Shown here: positions 58,789 through 64,000 of the stretch, piece by piece
Position numbering within the stretch: position 1 is the stretch's first letter
How the letters are laid out: each line of letters starts with the position of its first letter
Assembly (NCBI GenBank): GCA_049322915.1
Contig: JBMOPW010000035.1
Location: 171,629 to 235,628, forward strand
Reading direction: 5' to 3'
DNA: 64,000 nucleotides
From: Candidatus Zhuqueibacterota bacterium
Lineage (GTDB): Bacteria > Zhuqueibacterota > Zhuqueibacteria > Thermofontimicrobiales > Thermofontimicrobiaceae
The notes under the pieces: model-generated
The model's input: the letters and a program-made list of their open reading frames with translations, nothing else
Databases searched by the model: none
Told to the model about the DNA's origin: nothing
Program-made: the position numbers and the translations under genes

Positions 58789-59685
58789 CTATTCCACCTT
58801 TCGCTCTTTTGGCGTCGATTTTCGGATCAGACTCCACGGTCGCTCTTTGATCGCCGTAGTGAAGTCATCCAGATTGCGGCTCGTTCGACGTAAATTTTCC
58901 ATGATTTGATCGTAGTTACCATTCTGAGTCATCAGGATCTGATCGACATTCTTCATCGTGTGCTGAAAATCCAGAATGAGTTCCTGGGTGCTGGCCAGAG
59001 TTCCCTCAAGTTGCTGGATGGAACTGGTGATGCTCTGCTGGTTGCTCAGCAGCAACGTATCCAGATTATCGCCAATGCGATTCAGATCTGCCAGAACCGC
59101 ATTCATATTTGCCATCATCGATGAAATCGCCTGCTGGTTATCCGCCAACAGTTGATTCAAATTGAGAAACAACTGATGAATCTGCTGCTGATTTTCCGCG
59201 CCCAATATTTTATTCACACTTTCGATGGTGACGGAAAGCTGCCGGGTGATTTTATCCACGGAATCCGTCAGCATCATCATGGGCAGCATTTCGCGGCATT
59301 GCAGTTTGCTGTTTGCCGGCAGCAGACTGGAATTCATTGTGCCTGTTGTGATTTCGATATAATACTCGCCCATGATGCCGATGGAGGTGATCAGCGCCTC
59401 GGAATCATTTTTGACCGGTATGTTCTCGTCAATTTCGAGGATGAATTCAATCTGGGAATTATTATCCGGGGCAATGTGCACCTGCTTCACGCGACCGACC
59501 TCCATGCCGCCAAAACGAACCAGTGAGCCGACTTCCAGCCCGCTGGTATTTTTGAAGCGCGCGAAATACAGTTTTGGGGATTTGAAAAGATCAAGTCCGG
59601 AAATGATAATCAAAAATGCCAATAATAAAATAATACTGAAAATGACCAGACATCCTGCCTTGATCTCATTTGAGCGATATTCCAT
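58789..59685 (-). CDS. MlaD/MCE family protein with long helical tail
   Basis: N-terminal TM, SGLEVGS.VRFGG.EVGRV, GIMGEYYIEI, C-terminal RPWSLI. Confidence 0.9.
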   Translation of the reverse strand: MEYRSNEIKAGCLVIFSIILLLAFLIIISGLDLFKSPKLYFARFKNTSGLEVGSLVRFGGMEVGRVKQVHIAPDNNSQIEFILEIDENIPVKNDSEALITSIGIMGEYYIEITTGTMNSSLLPANSKLQCREMLPMMMLTDSVDKITRQLSVTIESVNKILGAENQQQIHQLFLNLNQLLADNQQAISSMMANMNAVLADLNRIGDNLDTLLLSNQQSITSSIQQLEGTLASTQELILDFQHTMKNVDQILMTQNGNYDQIMENLRRTSRNLDDFTTAIKERPWSLIRKSTPKERKVE

Positions 59686-59707
59686 GGATGCTAACTCCTG
59701 CTACGTT

Positions 59708-59884
59708 GTGATGGGTAACTGGTGAATGGTTCTAATTGACTGGTGATCGGTGAATGGAATTAGTCAATGGGAATCTTAGAAATTAATTCATGGACTGACG
59801 TTGAAAATCACCGAGTGGTCTGAATGAATTTTCACATCCCCCCTTGACTCCACTCATTTTTATCAATCACCTTTCACCACACAC
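59708..59884. repeat. Inverted heptamer tandem arrays inside the MCE operon
   Basis: GTGATGG-GTAACTG-GTGAATG / TGACTGG-TGATCGG-TGAATGG vs CAATCAC-CTTTCAC-CACACAC. Confidence 0.6.
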
Positions 59885-60693
59885 TATCCCGGTTCCCCGA
59901 CCAGCGAATTTAAATAACTCTCTCTGTCAATTTCTTCCGGATCCGGTTCGCGATTGAAAAATTGCTGCACTTTCGGATTTTCTGAATTCTTCAGTTCGCT
60001 CACCGGCCCCAGCGCAATTATTTTCCCGGCGTCCAACAGCGCAACACGGTCGGCGATGAGATTGACCGATTCCATTTCATGCGTGACCACGACGATGGTC
60101 ATGTGAAACGCCTTTTTCAATTTCAGGATCAAATGATCGATGCCAACGGCGACAATAGGATCCAGCCCGGCCGAAGGCTCATCGCAGAACAGAATATCCG
60201 GGTCCATGGAGATAGCGCGGGCCAGTGCGGCGCGTTTCTTCATTCCTCCTGAGAGCTGCGCCGGGAAAAAGTCCTCGAATCCGCTCAAACCCACCTGATC
60301 CAGTTTCATGCGCGTCATGATTTTTATGGTCGAATCCTCCAGCTTCGTGTGCTCGCGCAGCGGCAGCGCCACGTTGTCGCCGATCGTCATGGAATTGAAC
60401 AGCGCCGCTCCCTGAAACAGCATGCCGATCTTGCGGCGGATGGACAGCATTTGCTCCTCGCTCATGGTGGTGATGTTTTGCCCTTTGATGAAAATCTCGC
60501 CGAAACTGGGCTGCGACAGTCCGATCAGATGCCGGAGCAGGGTACTCTTGCCGCAGCCGGAGCGCCCGAGAATGGTCATGGTTTCTCCTGACATGATCTG
60601 CAAATTAATTCCATCCAGCACTTTGCGCGATCCGTAGTGGGTTTCCAGATTCCTGATTTCGATGATGGGGCTGTCTGATTTCATGACACTCAC
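59884..60693 (-). CDS. mlaF: MlaF-type ABC transporter ATPase
   Basis: GRSGCGKS, LFQGAALF, LSGGMKKR, DEPSAGLDP, VVTH. Confidence 0.9.
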   Translation of the reverse strand: MSVMKSDSPIIEIRNLETHYGSRKVLDGINLQIMSGETMTILGRSGCGKSTLLRHLIGLSQPSFGEIFIKGQNITTMSEEQMLSIRRKIGMLFQGAALFNSMTIGDNVALPLREHTKLEDSTIKIMTRMKLDQVGLSGFEDFFPAQLSGGMKKRAALARAISMDPDILFCDEPSAGLDPIVAVGIDHLILKLKKAFHMTIVVVTHEMESVNLIADRVALLDAGKIIALGPVSELKNSENPKVQQFFNREPDPEEIDRESYLNSLVGEPG

Positions 60694-60780
60694 AATTCTA
60701 AGTTTCGCCTCCCGGCGTCATTGGCTGAAGAAAACCGATTTCCGCAAGCCAAAAATTACTGGCCTGTTCGAAAAATTTTG

Positions 60781-61587
60781 TTACAACGTTGAATAGAAAA
60801 ACATGGTGCACACCAGATCGGCCACGATGATCAAAAATATCGATGTGACCACTGATGTGGTTGTGGCCTTGCCCACGCCCTCGGCGCCGCCTTCCACAAT
60901 AGAACCCTGATAGCTGCCCACTTGCGCAATGATCGCAGCGAAGAACAATGTCTTCACCAGCCCGGTGATCAGATCCTTCATCACCAGGGCCTCCGCAGTT
61001 TGATTGAAATATTGGATGAATGAAATATTCAAATTAGCGACTGCCAGAAAAAATCCGCCCAAAATTCCCACCAGGTCAGCGATGATCGCCAGGCACGGCA
61101 ACACAATGATCAGCGCCAAAAGCCGGGGGACGACCAGAAAACGAACCGGATTGAAGCCCATGGTTTGCAGCGCGTCGATCTCTTCGTTTACTTTCATGGT
61201 GCCAATCTCCGCTGCGATGGCGGAACCGCTGCGCCCGGCCACGATGATCGCAGTGAGCAACGGTCCCAATTCCCGCGTCATGGAAACGCCCACCAGATCC
61301 GCAACGTAAATGGAGGCGCCGAACCGCTCCAGTTGATACGCGGCCTGCATGGCCATGATCAATCCCACAAAAAAGCAAATCACTGCCACGATGGGAATGG
61401 AGTTAAATCCAATGAGCACCATCTGCTGGATGGTGCTCTGCCAGCGAACGCCGCCACGGCCTTTGAACGGCGCCACAAAAGTCCAGTACAGCGCATCCCG
61501 CGTGAGAGCGATGATCCGGGCTGTGTGGCTGATGTATGTCAAAAACATCCTCCCGGTGGAGCCTAACGTGTGTTTGATGATATTCAT
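60781..61587 (-). CDS. mlaE: MlaE-type ABC transporter permease
   Basis: RELGPLLTAIIVAGRSGSAIAAEIGTMKVNEEIDAL, GGAEGVG.ATT. Confidence 0.93.
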   Translation of the reverse strand: MNIIKHTLGSTGRMFLTYISHTARIIALTRDALYWTFVAPFKGRGGVRWQSTIQQMVLIGFNSIPIVAVICFFVGLIMAMQAAYQLERFGASIYVADLVGVSMTRELGPLLTAIIVAGRSGSAIAAEIGTMKVNEEIDALQTMGFNPVRFLVVPRLLALIIVLPCLAIIADLVGILGGFFLAVANLNISFIQYFNQTAEALVMKDLITGLVKTLFFAAIIAQVGSYQGSIVEGGAEGVGKATTTSVVTSIFLIIVADLVCTMFFYSTL

Positions 61588-61707
61588 GTCTCCCTGACTA
61601 TTCTCGATGAACCATTACAACGATGATGCACTGTCTTTGCGTTCCTTCCGCTTCGCGCCCTTTTTGAAGCACGGCGGGACGGACGGCATTTTCAGTGCTG
61701 CAATACC

Positions 61708-62046
61708 TTACCTGGCCAATCCCTCAAGCGCCGTGGCCTCGCTATCGCAAATATCGAACACCTTATCCAGCCGACTCAGTTCGAAGACGTCCCGAATGGC
61801 GTTGCCCAGATTGTACAGCTTCAACCGACCGCCTTTTTTATTGGTCAATTGCAACGCCTCCACCAGCGTGGCCACGCCGGAGCTGTCCATGTAAGTCACA
61901 TCAGCTAAATTCACCAGCAGATTGGGGCTCTTTCTATCTATCAAATTTACGATGTGTTCTCGCACCTGAGGAGAAGAATACAGGTCGACATCTCCGCTGA
62001 TTTGCAGAATGGAAAAATCGCCCTTTTTTGTCACTTCAATTTCCAT
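61708..62046 (-). CDS. STAS-domain anti-sigma antagonist (RsbV/SpoIIAA-like, or MlaB-like)
   Basis: GDVDLYS, V.YMDSSG phospho-Ser motif, VFELSRLD. Confidence 0.9.
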   Translation of the reverse strand: MEIEVTKKGDFSILQISGDVDLYSSPQVREHIVNLIDRKSPNLLVNLADVTYMDSSGVATLVEALQLTNKKGGRLKLYNLGNAIRDVFELSRLDKVFDICDSEATALEGLAR

Positions 62047-62174
62047 GAGACTCCTTGACTGAATTATTCATGAATTATTGAATAGCAATTTTTACCTTTT
62101 AATATTATGATACAGGAAATTTTGATTTACAAAATTTAAATCCCACTCCATTCAGTCAATCTGGTTTCCTCTAA

Positions 62175-62335
62175 CCTGAATTATTCATGAACTTGCTTAG
62201 AATTTGAGTCAACATTCAGATTTTCAATTAGCTAAAGGCTAAGCTATTTTGACACTCAGTTTTTATACGTTTATTCTAAAAAGAGCACCATTCAGGTTAG
62301 CCAGCCTCCTTTAAAAATACTATGAATAATGCAGG
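62175..62335. mobile_element. 161-bp MITE / deleted IS
   Basis: 14-bp TIRs CCTGAATTATTCAT / ATGAATAATGCAGG (1 mismatch) flanked by a CTAA direct repeat (62171-74, 62336-39). Confidence 0.7.
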
Positions 62336-62409
62336 CTAAAAATAGTATGCCTGCCCGGCTACGTATTGATTTATACAATGAAAACAGGCTGGGACTAAAC
62401 CAGACTCGA

Positions 62410-62820
62410 TCACTTTGTAATATATTTAACCAATAACAATAAATTTCCGTGCTCGACCGCAGTATCGTATTGAACGACATCCATCACCGACTTGATCAAG
62501 TGAACGCCCAATCCGCCGGGACGCACATCATCCAATTTGCGCGGTTTAATTTTATCGGGATTGGCCTTCCTGCCAAAGTCCCGCAGCAGAACTTCCAGCC
62601 GATCGTCGTACATCTGAAAGGTTGCCTCGATCACCTCGTCCGAATTTCCGCAGTACGCATGCTTGATGATATTGCTGCACGCCTCGTCCACTGCAAGCGT
62701 GATGTTGTTCGCCTCGTCCTGCGGGAATCCAATTCGCTCGCAGACATGATTCACCGCCAACCGGACGATCCTGAGAAAAATCGGCCGCGCCGGTATTTTT
62801 ATTTCAATCTTTTCAGCCAT
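62410..62820 (-). CDS. RsbW-like anti-sigma Ser kinase (HATPase_c_2)
   Basis: LAVDEACSNIIKHAY N-box, D.G box, GGLG.HLI..VMD. Confidence 0.9.
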   Translation of the reverse strand: MAEKIEIKIPARPIFLRIVRLAVNHVCERIGFPQDEANNITLAVDEACSNIIKHAYCGNSDEVIEATFQMYDDRLEVLLRDFGRKANPDKIKPRKLDDVRPGGLGVHLIKSVMDVVQYDTAVEHGNLLLLVKYITK

Positions 62821-63158
62821 GTGGAAGGTCCTTGTGGGTGACTATTCTCTTCATTTGAACGATGCATCAAAACCTTCTTAACTCTGCTCTCAATCCTGAT
62901 CGTAATCACAATCTAAACCAAAAATAGCAAAACACGAAACCCAAATAACAAGCAAATCTCAACATCAAAATTTCAAAAATCAAACTCGCGCATGGTGATT
63001 TGGATTTGTATCTTCCAAATATCGTGATAGAATATTTTTTGCTCGATAACATCATCAATGTTATTGTGCAAATATAAGGTTATTATTGTACAACACAAAG
63101 AAATATTTTAAGACTATGAATTTTTTTTTCAGTTCATTTTTGATGTACTTTTATTCCA

Positions 63159-63310
63159 TCACTCCGTGGTTTCACACATAAGAACGACAAAATATACTAC
63201 AAATATTTCACCGCTCCGCGGTTTGTCATAATTCAGAATCAGGACAATCCCGTAGGGATGTGATATGGGTAGTCTCCAATCCCACATTTATTGAGAACCC
63301 GGTCAGGGGT
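63159..63310. repeat. GTAG-type REP-like palindrome cluster
   Basis: CTACAAATATTTC-ACCGC-TCC-GCGGT faces ATCCC-GTA-GGGAT-GTGATATGGGTAG; further partial hairpins at 63159 and 63297. Confidence 0.6.
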
Positions 63311-63364
63311 GACATGATTTAATGTATTGGCAGTTTGAAATAATGAATCCTCTTTTAAACGGGA

Positions 63365-63871
63365 TTACAGCCCAATTTTGTGAATAACTCTATCCAAAAT
63401 ACTCTCCAGATCAGTCGGATGATGAGACACATCCCAATTCCATTTGCCAAATCCACCGTGATTGTTAACCGCCTTTACCCATTCTGCAAGGAAAGAACGT
63501 TTGGTTTTATTCTGTTCATTATCCTGTCCCTTTATCTCCAAAATTAAATATTCACCATTAGTTAATTGAATGATAAAGTCAGGATAATATTTTCTGATAA
63601 TTCCTTGAAAATTGTAAAGAATAGCAAAGCCCAAATGGTCGTTTTTTACATACGATTTTACTAATTTCGATTTGTCGAGTGTGTAAGCTTCAGATGCTTC
63701 CCACGTGCTATCTACAACAATGTGATTGATATGCGATTTTTGAGTCCATTCACATGGCTTGCTTGTATACCATGTTCTCATATCACTTGTTGATCTGATT
63801 GGATGTTCACGATCAAAAATTGGAGTTAATTCTTCTGTATTCTCGGCGCGAAGTGAATTCCAGAGATGCTG
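63365..63871 (-). pseudogene. C-terminal fragment of a type III restriction endonuclease (Res; BPTD_3080-like)
   Basis: QHLWNSLRAENTEELTPIFD..PIRSTSDMRTWYT, KSHINH..DSTWE, YVKNDHLGF, YYPDFII..LEIKG (PD-(D/E)xK); in-frame stop at 63932-34 upstream. Confidence 0.8.
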
Positions 63872-64000
63872 AAGGAAATGTATTATATTTCCTGTAAAAA
63901 GTAATTTGAAAATGGCGCAGCACCTATTATATTAAATAAACCCAACTTTAATATTCAAAAAATAGGAGACTACGCCATATGAGAAAGATACAACCTTCAG
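63872..64000 (+). mobile_element. Probable left end of an insertion sequence (IS256-like), ORF begins at 63979
   Basis: Begins where Res homology stops; GGAAATGTATTATATTTCCTGTAAA end motif; AGGAGA RBS then ATG (MRKIQPS...) running off the window. Confidence 0.5.

Overview
Bacterial chromosomal window. The gene content suggests an FCB-group organism of the KSB1/Calditrichota/Ignavibacteria type: a GWxTD-like protein, QNYPNPFNP-type C-terminal sorting domains, PorV-family barrels and TonB-dependent receptors without SusD. This is an inference, not a database result. The left half (1-32 kb) holds housekeeping, peptidase and CAZyme genes: MDR oxidoreductase, TPR/GWxTD protein, C69 peptidase, PPi-type PFK, tricorn S41 protease, ferritin-VIT1 transporter, GH3, an alpha/beta hydrolase, a HEPN-MNT pair, GH97, GH127, GH20, an internally deleted glutamine amidotransferase, an SSS transporter, RNase HI and an orphan FlgN-like gene. 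The centrepiece (32.3-55.2 kb, minus strand) is a LacI-headed alpha-glucan-type locus. It carries two paralogous three-gene modules [TonB-dependent receptor -> ~1,170-1,190 aa acidic repeat protein with a T9SS-like C-terminal domain -> PorV-family barrel], plus a GH13, a dedicated PPIase and a multi-CBM20-like secreted protein. It looks like a SusD-independent analogue of a polysaccharide utilisation locus. The right end holds an RsbW/STAS pair upstream of an Mla/MCE ABC operon, a MITE, REP-like hairpins, and a type III restriction gene fragment apparently cut by an IS whose left end closes the window. No rRNA, tRNA or CRISPR array was seen. All family assignments come from motif recognition by eye.
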